DNA of 64,000 nucleotides, taken from contig OY829846.1 in NCBI GenBank assembly GCA_963691875.1, positions 3,744,001 through 3,808,000 of the forward strand, written 5' to 3'. The translations under genes were made by a program, and so were the position numbers. Under the pieces are notes generated by a model. That model was not told the DNA's origin and did not search any database. It was given only the letters and a program-made list of their open reading frames with translations. Source of the DNA: Aureliella sp. (GTDB lineage: Bacteria; Planctomycetota; Planctomycetia; Pirellulales; Pirellulaceae). Shown in pieces: positions 49,390 to 59,052 of the stretch (the stretch's first letter is position 1; each line of letters begins with the position of its first letter).

Positions 49390-49713
49390 TTAGTCGCGCA
49401 TTCCTTCGTACATGGTCGCGATTTCGATCCAGACGCTTACATCTTCGGGCTCAAACTGCACGTATTTCTGGAATGCGGCTTCCGCTCCGGAAATGTTTTT
49501 CAGTTTGACTTTAGCGCGACCGAGCCGAAACATGACGATGGGATCCTCAGGTTCCAGCTGATGCGCTTCCATCAGACTTGCCGCGGACTGCTTTAAATCC
49601 CCATTGATCTCGCACCATTGAGCAAGAACCAGATTGCTTTCGTTATGCATGTCATTGTCAGCTAGGATTTTGACAAGGTGACCCAACCCTTCGATTTCTT
49701 TAAGGCATTCCAT
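49390..49713 (-). CDS. short TPR protein or gene remnant
   Basis: TPR pattern (AHQLEPEDPIVMFRLG...A..AFQKYVQFEPED); start uncertain; frame continues 44 codons past the TAA. Confidence 0.45.
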   Translation of the reverse strand: MECLKEIEGLGHLVKILADNDMHNESNLVLAQWCEINGDLKQSAASLMEAHQLEPEDPIVMFRLGRAKVKLKNISGAEAAFQKYVQFEPEDVSVWIEIATMYEGMRD

Positions 49714-49771
49714 GTCCTCGATGATGCCAGAAATGAGCAACCCCAAGTTGATATCTGAACCATCTTCCGCT

Positions 49772-50416
49772 TTATTGTGCTTTGCGAGCAAGATACGAGT
49801 GCCAAAGGATTCGTGAGGCAACCGCTCGGTTAGGCTCCCAGCGAGCAACGTATTTGAGCACTTCGTCCCAGTTCATGTCTCTGCCAAGTAAATGACCTAG
49901 CTCCCGAATCAGGGCTAGATCACCGACGGGAAAAGCATCACGATAACACAGTGCCATGAGGAGGTAGACTTCCGTGGTCCAGACTCCGATTCCTTTTTGT
50001 GATTGAAGCGATAGTCGAGCTTCATCGGGCGAATGACTCGGCAATGTCGCAAGCCGAAGGCTTCTTGCATGTACCTTATTGGCGAGCAAATGAATGTAGT
50101 GTGACTTTTGTCGCGTCACCCCAAGCTCTCGTAAGCCAGCCTCGCCGAGCTCGACAACGCGTTTAGCGGAAACACGGCCACCGCAATGCTTTCGAATGCG
50201 ATCGTTCATAGCAGCTGCGGAAGTCAAGGAGACCTGTTGCTCCAGGATGATATGCGTTAACGTGGAAAAGCCTGGCTTGCGACCCCATAACGGAGGATAG
50301 CCATACTGATCGAGGATTTCTCTGAGCATGGTGTCCTGCTTTGCCAAGTCACGGCAGGCCACCGGCAAGCTACGCCTCGAAAGCGTATCCAAACGAATAG
50401 GTCGTGAGTGCTGCAT
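49772..50416 (-). CDS. DNA-3-methyladenine glycosylase II family (HhH-GPD)
   Basis: IILEQQVSL.SA, KGIGVWT, AFPVGDLAL. Confidence 0.85.
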   Translation of the reverse strand: MQHSRPIRLDTLSRRSLPVACRDLAKQDTMLREILDQYGYPPLWGRKPGFSTLTHIILEQQVSLTSAAAMNDRIRKHCGGRVSAKRVVELGEAGLRELGVTRQKSHYIHLLANKVHARSLRLATLPSHSPDEARLSLQSQKGIGVWTTEVYLLMALCYRDAFPVGDLALIRELGHLLGRDMNWDEVLKYVARWEPNRAVASRILWHSYLARKAQ

Positions 50417-50442
50417 AGGCAAGCTAAATGTAGCAGACGGTA

Positions 50443-51030
50443 TTAGGCTGAGAAGTTTTCTTTATCTTGCGAGGCATTCTGCAGTGAATTGACGGCGGCG
50501 AGCAAGAAAGCGTTGGCGTGGCCAACTGAGGCATCAACTTCGTCCACATACCCATCAGCAGCAGCAGACCAGGCGCGGTTCAGATACCGCTCGCCACTGG
50601 CAAATTCTGTCATGACTTCAGCGTACCGTTTGATTCCGAAGCGATTTGAGATAGACATTCGTCCGTCTGCGAACTCCGAAAGTAGAGGAGCACACTGCTC
50701 GTCGATGTACTCCAAGACATCTTCGCAACTCATGTCGTCCAGACTACCTCGCAGGTTAGCGACTCGCTCCGATGCCTTGGACAGAGACTCTTGCACCGCC
50801 GTAAGTTCGGCACCTGTGGATTCAACATTGACTGCCTGTGCAGCTTTGTTGAGACGCAGAAGTACGACACCACCGATTCCAACTAACGCCGCGACGCCAT
50901 AATAACCCCAGGGGATTGTACTCCAAGCTACATCGGGGTCCTCTAGCCGTAAGACCGTAAAGAACGCTCCGCCAAGGAACCCTATCCACAAGAGTACTTG
51001 TCCAGCGATGAATAGTGGGGTGAAGTTCAT
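50443..51030 (-). CDS. hypothetical membrane protein
   Basis: Two TMs plus helical domain (FASGERYLNRAWSAAADGY); downstream of OPT on the same strand. Confidence 0.7.
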   Translation of the reverse strand: MNFTPLFIAGQVLLWIGFLGGAFFTVLRLEDPDVAWSTIPWGYYGVAALVGIGGVVLLRLNKAAQAVNVESTGAELTAVQESLSKASERVANLRGSLDDMSCEDVLEYIDEQCAPLLSEFADGRMSISNRFGIKRYAEVMTEFASGERYLNRAWSAAADGYVDEVDASVGHANAFLLAAVNSLQNASQDKENFSA

Positions 51031-51098
51031 ATGTCTAACCAATGAGGTGGATACTTGTTGGAATCTGGAGATGGGGCGTTGCGTGGACGAAACCTAAT

Positions 51099-52865
51099 TC
51101 AGTTGAGGAAGATCTGGATTACCGCGTCACCTACGTTCACGAGAGCCTCACCAACAATGAGACCTGCGGCTATCGGGACTCCAACTTCGTAGCCGAATTG
51201 CTTACCCATAAACTTATCGCTGAGCACTCGCAGGATATTACCAATCGTGTAGGTCAGCACGATGCCGAACGGCATGTAAAAACCGAGGCCGACCAATACA
51301 CCGATTCCACCGAGTCCACTCAGCGCCAGCATGAGCCCCATGCCCGCGCCAGCCGTGTAGCGATAGGCCGGGACATCACCGCTCACAATTGACTCGATAG
51401 TGGTGGCGAGTGCCTCAGCTTGGGGAGCTGGGAGCGACTCTGAACCCATGCCGCGTTGTTCGTGCAACAGCATCATCAACCACACCACGATAATCGGGCC
51501 GAGCCATGTCCCGACAAATTGAGCAATTTGCTGCCTTCTGGGAACTCCGCCCACTAGGTATCCAGACTTGAGATCGAGCATGATGTCACTAGCTTGGGAC
51601 ACGGCAAGGCAGACCGCAGCGCCAACGATCATTGAAACCCGAATTGTCGTTAGCGTGTCCGTACTTCCCTTGATCGAGAAGATCAGCAGAGTCACTGCAA
51701 TCAATGTCATGCCAGAAAGTGGTGACCAGTTTGTCCGTCCGATGCATTCAGCAACGATGACTCCGGCTACCCATATCCACGCGACTCCAAGCACAGCCAT
51801 CAGCAGAGCTCGGCCAATCGAAAGTTCCCCGGCGCCGACGTACCAGGCGATCGAAATCATCAAGACGCTGCCGACGGCAATCATCAAATACAGCATCCAG
51901 ATTGGCAGCTCGTCTTTTTTGGCGATATCCCCACCGCTTCGATCCTTCGCACCTTGTAGGGATCCTAGTGCGCTTAAGATCATCGGAAGCGCCGCAACGA
52001 TTCCGCCGATAGCGGCTCCAATCAGCATGCCGATGCCGGCTGGCCGATACAATTCGACTCGCATTTTGCCAGGATCGGCCGTCATGGCGACCACGTCATC
52101 TGCTGCAAAACCCGACAGCAATGGTGATAACAGGAAGTAGCAGATAAAGCCTCCCGCACCAAACCAGAATCCACCCTTTCCAGAAAGATAGCCGACACCG
52201 ATTGTCATGATTGACACATAGAATGCCATGTTGAGCATCGATGGCAGACCGAGGGCTTCGCCGAGCGGCAGGTTGGAATCACTTCCCACCGAGCTAAGTA
52301 CGATAACTTGTACGACTCCGGCTATTGCTACGCCGCCAAGCAGAAGCATCGCTTTTTGAACGCCAGCCCCAGGACTTTTAAGGATTGTCGCAACAGCAAT
52401 TCCACCTGGATAAGCCAGGCGGTCAAAGTCGATCATCTGCTTGCGAAGCGGAATCACAAAGCACAGGCCAAGGATACAGCCAGTGATTGCAGCGAGAATC
52501 AAGAGTGGCTGATTGATTTCGGCAAGACTTGCGAATTTGGGATCCTTGGCGGAGAGGATTAAGAGCGCCGGCACGCTAAACATAATCCCACTTGAGGCTC
52601 CGTTGACTGCCGAAGCAATGGTTTGATTAATATTATTCTCAACGATACTGGTGCGGCGCATAACACCACGTAGGACACCCCAGCCAAGAATTGCAGCGAG
52701 TTCCGATCCTTCAATCGAAAATCCCAGCATCAACGAGGCGTAGGCGACCGAGATGGTAAGCAACACTCCGATCGCCCAACCAACGAAAATTGCAACCCAA
52801 GTAAACTCAGGGTACTCTCCGCGGATGTGCGAGATGGACGGACCTTGTTTCATGACGAGCTCCAT
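51099..52865 (-). CDS. OPT/YSL family oligopeptide transporter
   Basis: ENNINQT.ASA, LRKQMID...YP.G.A.A, DLKSGYLVG..PRRQQ, LPAPQA. Confidence 0.88.
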   Translation of the reverse strand: MELVMKQGPSISHIRGEYPEFTWVAIFVGWAIGVLLTISVAYASLMLGFSIEGSELAAILGWGVLRGVMRRTSIVENNINQTIASAVNGASSGIMFSVPALLILSAKDPKFASLAEINQPLLILAAITGCILGLCFVIPLRKQMIDFDRLAYPGGIAVATILKSPGAGVQKAMLLLGGVAIAGVVQVIVLSSVGSDSNLPLGEALGLPSMLNMAFYVSIMTIGVGYLSGKGGFWFGAGGFICYFLLSPLLSGFAADDVVAMTADPGKMRVELYRPAGIGMLIGAAIGGIVAALPMILSALGSLQGAKDRSGGDIAKKDELPIWMLYLMIAVGSVLMISIAWYVGAGELSIGRALLMAVLGVAWIWVAGVIVAECIGRTNWSPLSGMTLIAVTLLIFSIKGSTDTLTTIRVSMIVGAAVCLAVSQASDIMLDLKSGYLVGGVPRRQQIAQFVGTWLGPIIVVWLMMLLHEQRGMGSESLPAPQAEALATTIESIVSGDVPAYRYTAGAGMGLMLALSGLGGIGVLVGLGFYMPFGIVLTYTIGNILRVLSDKFMGKQFGYEVGVPIAAGLIVGEALVNVGDAVIQIFLN

Positions 52866-53027
52866 TCGACTTTACGGTCGAATCTGAGGATGAGAGGCAA
52901 GTGCATAAGTTGTGAACGTGTTTCGTGGGGGGTGGCGAGCGCGCGATGAGCATTAGAATTGTATCAGTGTCCAGCTGATTTGCGACACTGGCACTGGATC
53001 GAATTCTTCACCCCGAAAGCAGTAATT

Positions 53028-53984
53028 GTGGCTCAAGATTCCGTTTGCCTTTCCGACGTCAAAGCCGCCTATGAGCGAATTCGTGATCGAGTGAATCGAA
53101 CACCCTGCCTACTCTGCGAGCGTCTGTCTATAGAGTTGGATTGTGAGCTGTATTTCAAGGCTGAGAACTTGCAGCATATCGGAGCCTTCAAGGCACGCGG
53201 CGCGCTGAACGCCGTGCTGCAACTGAGTGAAGAGCAAGCGTCTCGTGGGGTGGTTACTCACTCTTCTGGTAATCACGCAGCAGCGCTGGCTCGAGCGGCC
53301 AAGATTCGCGGGATACCAGCTCACATCGTCATGCCTCACAATTCCGCCAAGACCAAAGTTGAAGCAGTACGCTCGCTCGGATTCGAACCCCAATTCTGCA
53401 AAACCGACACGCCTTCACGCGAAGCAGCTGCGGCTCGAGTCCAGGAAGAAACCGGAGCCAGCTTGGTCCATCCTTTTGACGACCCGCGCATTATTGCCGG
53501 GCAGGGGACGGTGGCTCTAGAAGTATTGGAACAAGTACCAAAGCTAGAGCAAGTTATCGCGCCGGTCGGTGGCGGTGGGCTGATGTCAGGCACTCTAGTT
53601 ACTTTGTCGGAGGCGCGGCCCAAAGTAGAAGTTTACGGGGCGGAGCCAGCATGGGCCGATGACGCCTACAGGAGCTTGAAGTCCGGAAAGATCGAACCGC
53701 CCGAACGCTATGACACCGTCGCGGACGGGCTGCGTACCTCACTGGGCAATTTAACCTTCCCGATCATTCAGTCCAAGCTACGCGAGATGCTGTTAGTCAC
53801 TGAGGAGCAAATTTTGCTCGCGCAACGCAAGATCGTCGAAAGGGCAAAACTCGTTGTCGAACCTTCGGCAGCGGTACCACTTGGGGCACTGATCAGCCAT
53901 CCGGATCGGTTTCGCGGAAAACGAGTCGTAGTCATTCTCTCCGGTGGCAACTTGGATTTTGGAAATTGCCAGCTAGGGAAGTAG
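53028..53984 (+). CDS. PLP-dependent Ser/Thr dehydratase / serine racemase family
   Basis: KAENLQ.IGAFKARGA, SSGNH, PVGGGGL, ILSGGN; GTG 53028 preferred. Confidence 0.9.
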   Translation: MAQDSVCLSDVKAAYERIRDRVNRTPCLLCERLSIELDCELYFKAENLQHIGAFKARGALNAVLQLSEEQASRGVVTHSSGNHAAALARAAKIRGIPAHIVMPHNSAKTKVEAVRSLGFEPQFCKTDTPSREAAAARVQEETGASLVHPFDDPRIIAGQGTVALEVLEQVPKLEQVIAPVGGGGLMSGTLVTLSEARPKVEVYGAEPAWADDAYRSLKSGKIEPPERYDTVADGLRTSLGNLTFPIIQSKLREMLLVTEEQILLAQRKIVERAKLVVEPSAAVPLGALISHPDRFRGKRVVVILSGGNLDFGNCQLGK

Positions 53985-54145
53985 CCTCTGGTAAATAACT
54001 ATAATCCCTGTTGCATTATATTGCTCTCTATCGTTTAACGCCGCGCGACTCCCTAGCCGAAAACGCCTGCTGGTCTCGCGTTGCGTTGAAGAAAAAAGGG
54101 AGCTTGATTCCATCCCCTCACCTAGTCCACCACGAGAGCTTTTTG

Positions 54146-54517
54146 TTAAAACCGACGCATGGATTCGACTGAGACTGATTTTTCTTCCAGTGACTCCTCC
54201 TGGATGTCTAAGTGTGCTTGCAATCGCTCGAGTGCAATCATCAGTTGATGCCACTGTACTAGTATCTCAAAGGTATCCAGTGTCTCACCGTCGTGGCGGT
54301 CAAACCCGACTTCGTTGATACGAATGTCGTTCCCAAGCACCATCACACCTTGAACAATCGTGACTTCGCTCTTTTCATCAGGAGTAAGACCGGCATCCTC
54401 GTAAACCGGGATGACTTGTTGTAGTGCCTTATGAACGACCCAAAGTGCAGCCTTTTCGCTGTCGTCGGCTGCGATAACAGTCTTTACATTGCCGCTTTGA
54501 ACGTAGAATTTTGCCAT
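54146..54517 (-). CDS. hypothetical protein
   Basis: ATG ORF (MAKFYVQSG...) with AAGGAAG upstream. Confidence 0.7.
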   Translation of the reverse strand: MAKFYVQSGNVKTVIAADDSEKAALWVVHKALQQVIPVYEDAGLTPDEKSEVTIVQGVMVLGNDIRINEVGFDRHDGETLDTFEILVQWHQLMIALERLQAHLDIQEESLEEKSVSVESMRRF

Positions 54518-55059
54518 GATTGAGCTTCCTTCTCAGGGGGTGATTTGAACGAAGTGCTGAAACTGAGTCTGGGAGTTGGCCGGGGAATCGGGGCGAACAC
54601 GTCCAGTTGCGGAGTCCTGGTTTGTAGGGGGCTTGGCTCGCCTCTCCTCCCCGGCAGTAATCGTTATCGCGGTCGAGCGGACAACTTAGGTCACGGCCGA
54701 AAAGAAAAGTCTGAGAATTTTGCTTCCGGGCCATTTCTCACTGGAATTCACTGGTTGAAATCGCGAAACTTACGGTGATCGCAAGGGTTGAACCTATCCA
54801 GCGTTTTTTCCAGAGTTCCAGCCCGCAACTGGAAGCAGGTGCCAGTACCGCGATCAACCTGCATAAATACCTCCCTAGTGCCCCACGAAATCGTTGAAAA
54901 GCCCCGAAAAAGAGTGGTTTTCGCACGTATTCTTACGGCGACCGCAGTGCCAATGCATGGAGAAGCGTTGGCGGCGAACTACTATGAACTAGCTGTGCGG
55001 AATCTGATTGCCAAGATTGGCCACGCTACCCCAACTAACCTAACTCCACGGAGAATTCG

Positions 55060-56823
55060 ATGACCTCCTGGCATCGTAAAAAAACTACAGGCCGAGCAGC
55101 AATCATCTCGGTAATTTTGATGGTTTTCCTTGGTGGTGGCGGATACGCGTATTACACCACGATTCCGTCTGACTCGGCTGAAAGCCAAGCGGAGCTCATC
55201 TTCGAAGAGGTCATGCGGGGACCGTTCGATCACATCGTCCGCGAGCAGGGCGAGGTGGAGAGTAGCAGCAACGTAGACATCAACTGCGAGGTCGAAACGC
55301 GCGGCTCAGGTGGAACCTCGATCCTTTGGGTGATCGAAGAGGGAGCCTATGTGAAGCAGGGCGACAAGCTGGTCGAGCTGGACTCTTCGTCGCTTGAGAA
55401 CGAAGTCACTTCTCAGCGAATCAGTGTTTCAAGTGCTGAGGCGACTGTCATCAGCTCCCAAGCTGCTGTGAAGACCGCTCAGATATCTCTTCAGGAGTAT
55501 TTAGAAGGCACTTACCTGTCCGAGCGAAAAACACTGCTCAGCGAAGTAGCGTTGTCTCAGCAAGAGTTGCGCAAAGCGGAACTGATGCTCGAGAGCGCTG
55601 AGCGCATGGCAGCGAAGGGCATGATCAAGGGCCTACAGATTGAGGCTGAAGAGTTCGCCGTCATCAATGCGAAGAACAAGCTAGATGCGGCCAATGCAAA
55701 ACTCAAAGTCCTGGACGAGCTAACCAAAGAAAAGAACAAAGTTCAGTTTGAGAGCGACATTGAAGCTGCAAAAGCAAAACTCAAGTCGGACGAAAGTGTA
55801 CTCGCCGAAGAAAAGACCAAGTTAGCAGAGATTGAAGATCAAATTGCCAAGTGTGTGATCTACTCGCCCGACGAGGGCGTTGTGGTTTACAACAACAAAT
55901 TCAGTAGCCGTGGTGGTGCTGAATTCGTGGTGGAAGAAGGCGCCAGCGTTCGCGAACGACAAACTATCCTGAAGCTGCCTGACCCGACCAAGATGCAAGT
56001 CAAAGCGGACGTAAATGAGTCTCGGATTACTTTGATTGCTCAAGGAATGGCCGCCAAAGTGAAGGTTGGGGCGGTACCGGGAGAGATGCTGGCTCAGGTG
56101 GTTCGCGTCAATAAATATGCTGAACCCGGCAGCTGGTTTAACAAATCAGTTAAAGAGTACGCCACCTACATTGAGATTATTAATCCACCGGAGACGATCC
56201 GCACTGGTATGACAGCAGAAGTCAATATCTTCGTTTCTCAGATTCCTGATGCGTTACAGATTCCGGTTCATGGTGTGTACGAATTTAAGGGGCATCACTT
56301 CTGCTTGAAGGAAGGTAGTGGCGATAAGCCCTGGGAGACGCCTGAGATCAAGATTGGTGCGACTAACGATGCAATGGTAACGATCGAAAGCGGCTTGGAA
56401 GAAGGCGACCGCATCGTCCTCAATCCACGAAAGCACCTTGATCTGATGGAGTTCCCTGAGGTGGAAGACGTAACTGATCGTGAGCAGCTTCGTGAAATCG
56501 GAAAAGACGCAGGAAAGCCTGGTGCTCCAGACCCTAATGCAAGTGCAGTTGATCCTCGGACGCAACAGATGGTCGACGGTATGTTCCAGAAGTATGACAC
56601 CAACGGTGATGGCAAAGTGGATCCGGAAGAAATGGGCAAGCTGGAAGAACGCACCAAGGGTTTCCTCTCCAGAGCCGACTCCAATAAGGACGGCACTATC
56701 GAGAAGGCGGAGGCGATCAAAGCGATGGGCGCCATGATGAAAGGCGCCGGCGGCGGTGGCCGAGGCGGTGCTGGTGGAGGAGGACGACCAGGTGGCGGTG
56801 GTGGCCGCGGCGGACCTCGATAA
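55060..56823 (+). CDS. MacA/HlyD-type periplasmic adaptor with C-terminal EF-hand pair and Gly-rich tail
   Basis: N-terminal TM, EEG..VK.GD.LVELD, long helical hairpin, DTNGDGKVDPEE and DSNKDGTIEKAE. Confidence 0.88.
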   Translation: MTSWHRKKTTGRAAIISVILMVFLGGGGYAYYTTIPSDSAESQAELIFEEVMRGPFDHIVREQGEVESSSNVDINCEVETRGSGGTSILWVIEEGAYVKQGDKLVELDSSSLENEVTSQRISVSSAEATVISSQAAVKTAQISLQEYLEGTYLSERKTLLSEVALSQQELRKAELMLESAERMAAKGMIKGLQIEAEEFAVINAKNKLDAANAKLKVLDELTKEKNKVQFESDIEAAKAKLKSDESVLAEEKTKLAEIEDQIAKCVIYSPDEGVVVYNNKFSSRGGAEFVVEEGASVRERQTILKLPDPTKMQVKADVNESRITLIAQGMAAKVKVGAVPGEMLAQVVRVNKYAEPGSWFNKSVKEYATYIEIINPPETIRTGMTAEVNIFVSQIPDALQIPVHGVYEFKGHHFCLKEGSGDKPWETPEIKIGATNDAMVTIESGLEEGDRIVLNPRKHLDLMEFPEVEDVTDREQLREIGKDAGKPGAPDPNASAVDPRTQQMVDGMFQKYDTNGDGKVDPEEMGKLEERTKGFLSRADSNKDGTIEKAEAIKAMGAMMKGAGGGGRGGAGGGGRPGGGGGRGGPR

Positions 56824-56863
56824 CAACCAAGAGAAGCTAGATTGCCCCTCCCTACTGTGATGA

Positions 56864-57610
56864 ATGATGCACGCCTGTACCATCCGAGAACTTACCAAAG
56901 AGTATGTACTGAAAAGCGAAACTGTCCGCGCTTTGCGCGGCGTTTCCTTTAACGTTCCTGAAGGTGACTATGTCGCGATCATGGGCCCTTCCGGTTCAGG
57001 AAAGAGTACTCTTCTGAACTTACTCGGCTGTTTGGATCAGCCGACCAACGGCCAGTTGCTCTTGGGCGAGGATGACGTCGCCACAATGACAGACGATCAA
57101 CTGGCTGAGATTCGCTCCCGTAGAATTGGCTTTGTCTTTCAGTCCTACAATCTAATTCAACAGCTAACAGTCGTCGAGAACATCCAAGTGCCCCTGTACT
57201 ACCAAGGGCGGCTGGGAGTTCGAGAACGCGATCGCTGTATTGAATTGGCGCACCGCGTGGGACTTGGCGATCGCTTGGATCACCGGCCTGCCCAGCTTTC
57301 TGGTGGTCAGCAGCAACGTGTGGCGATCGCTCGCAGTTTGGTCAATGACCCCTATTTTGTGCTCGCCGACGAAGCGACGGGTAACTTGGACTCGAAAACA
57401 ACCAACGAGATCCTGGCTTTGTTCGACGAGCTTAATAACGAAGGCCGAACAATCATTATGGTTACGCACGAAGACGAAGTCGCCGAACGAGCAAAACGAG
57501 TCGTGCGGCTTCGCGACGGCTTACTACAATCCGATGTAACAAATTCAGAAGAATCGCGCAAGGCCGCAGCTCAGCGAGCTCTCGAGCTTCTTCCCGCTGG
57601 TGACGGATAG
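56864..57610 (+). CDS. ABC ATP-binding protein (MacB/LolD-like)
   Basis: GPSGSGKS, LSGGQQQRVAIAR, ADEATGNLD. Confidence 0.93.
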   Translation: MMHACTIRELTKEYVLKSETVRALRGVSFNVPEGDYVAIMGPSGSGKSTLLNLLGCLDQPTNGQLLLGEDDVATMTDDQLAEIRSRRIGFVFQSYNLIQQLTVVENIQVPLYYQGRLGVRERDRCIELAHRVGLGDRLDHRPAQLSGGQQQRVAIARSLVNDPYFVLADEATGNLDSKTTNEILALFDELNNEGRTIIMVTHEDEVAERAKRVVRLRDGLLQSDVTNSEESRKAAAQRALELLPAGDG

Positions 57611-57622
57611 GCTAATTGATTC

Positions 57623-58936
57623 ATGCTTTGGATGCGAACCCTAGGGCTAGGGATCAAAAGCCTGCTGCTCCACCCGCTCCGATCTTTTCTTACGGTATTG
57701 GGTATCTTGATCGGCGTGGCGAGTGTTATTTGCTTGCTCGCCATCAGTGAGGGAATCAGTAATGAGGCTCAGCGGCAGATCGCCAGCTTGGGCGCCGATA
57801 CAATCATGGTGCGTTCGGTGCCGCCGCCGACAGACAAACTGGCTCAGAGTGGCATCACGCCCTATGGCTTGAAGCGCGCAGAGTTCGACATGCTGTTGCA
57901 AACGGTGCCGACCATTCGCAGCGCCATTCCGATTCGTGAAATCAAGCGGACCTTCAAGTTCGCAGACCGCACCGTAGAAGGTCGATTGGTTGGCTGTACG
58001 CCCGAATATGCTGACACCACACGTTTGACCGTGGATCGTGGTCACTTTATTACCGATGCAGAGAATTTCCAACGTGCATCGGTTTGTGTGCTAGCGTCTG
58101 AAGTCGCCGCAACGCTATTCCCTTACGAAGACCCGATCGGAAAAAGCGTTTACCTACCCGAGCACACGGACTTCTACCAAGTGGTCGGGGTGCTCGAGTT
58201 TCGCAATGACTCGGCCGCCATTGGTGGCTCGATGGAAGCCCAAAGTTTTAAGGACGATATCTACATCCCGATCAAGACCTTGCAGCAGCGTATCGGCGAC
58301 ACTGTCGTCCGTCGGGCTGTTGGTTCCTTTAGCGGTGAAGAAATCCAGCTGAATCAAATTACCCTAACGGTTCGAGATGTAGAGGATGTGAAGTCTACAG
58401 CAGCGCTTGTGGAAGATGCTCTCAAGAGCCACGACGACATGGAAGATATCTCCGTCGTCGTTCCGCTTGAGCTGATCGAACAAGCCAAGCAACAAAGACG
58501 ATTGTTCCTAGTGCTCGCCGCAATTATCGCTGCTGTTTCGTTGTTAGTCGGCGGAATTGGCATTATGAACATCATGCTCGCCACAGTCACCGAACGGACT
58601 CGTGAAATCGGGATTCGCCGCGCCCTTGGAGCCAAGCAACGCGACATCATTTCTCAGTTCCTGGTTGAAGCAGGCGTACTTAGCGTGGTGGGAGGTGCGA
58701 TCGGAATTGTGATTGGCATCTCCTGCGTGCCACTTTTCGTCTGGCTACGAAAATTTGCTGCGGAGAACTACCCCGAGTCGCTTCCTGAGGTGATCAGCAA
58801 TGTGACGCCTGCGATCGTCCCACTCTCGATTCCAGTTTCGTTCTTGGTGTCGCTGGTCGTGGGAGTCGTGTTCGGACTCTTCCCCGCCATCCGCGCCGCA
58901 CAGATGAATCCAATCGAAGCCTTGCGGCACGAGTAG
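57623..58936 (+). CDS. ABC permease (MacB/FtsX-like)
   Basis: RSFLTVLGILIGVASV, GGIGIMNIMLATVTERTREIGIRRALGA, PIEALRHE. Confidence 0.93.
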   Translation: MLWMRTLGLGIKSLLLHPLRSFLTVLGILIGVASVICLLAISEGISNEAQRQIASLGADTIMVRSVPPPTDKLAQSGITPYGLKRAEFDMLLQTVPTIRSAIPIREIKRTFKFADRTVEGRLVGCTPEYADTTRLTVDRGHFITDAENFQRASVCVLASEVAATLFPYEDPIGKSVYLPEHTDFYQVVGVLEFRNDSAAIGGSMEAQSFKDDIYIPIKTLQQRIGDTVVRRAVGSFSGEEIQLNQITLTVRDVEDVKSTAALVEDALKSHDDMEDISVVVPLELIEQAKQQRRLFLVLAAIIAAVSLLVGGIGIMNIMLATVTERTREIGIRRALGAKQRDIISQFLVEAGVLSVVGGAIGIVIGISCVPLFVWLRKFAAENYPESLPEVISNVTPAIVPLSIPVSFLVSLVVGVVFGLFPAIRAAQMNPIEALRHE

Positions 58937-59052
58937 GAATCTTAGAGCAAAAAATTTCGCATCCTGCTCACGCATTCGCATAAGCAGCTTGTCATCCCGC
59001 GTTTGCTGATGCCTTGTTCGAGTACCGTGTCGCTCGGCTTGATCCAAGCAAA

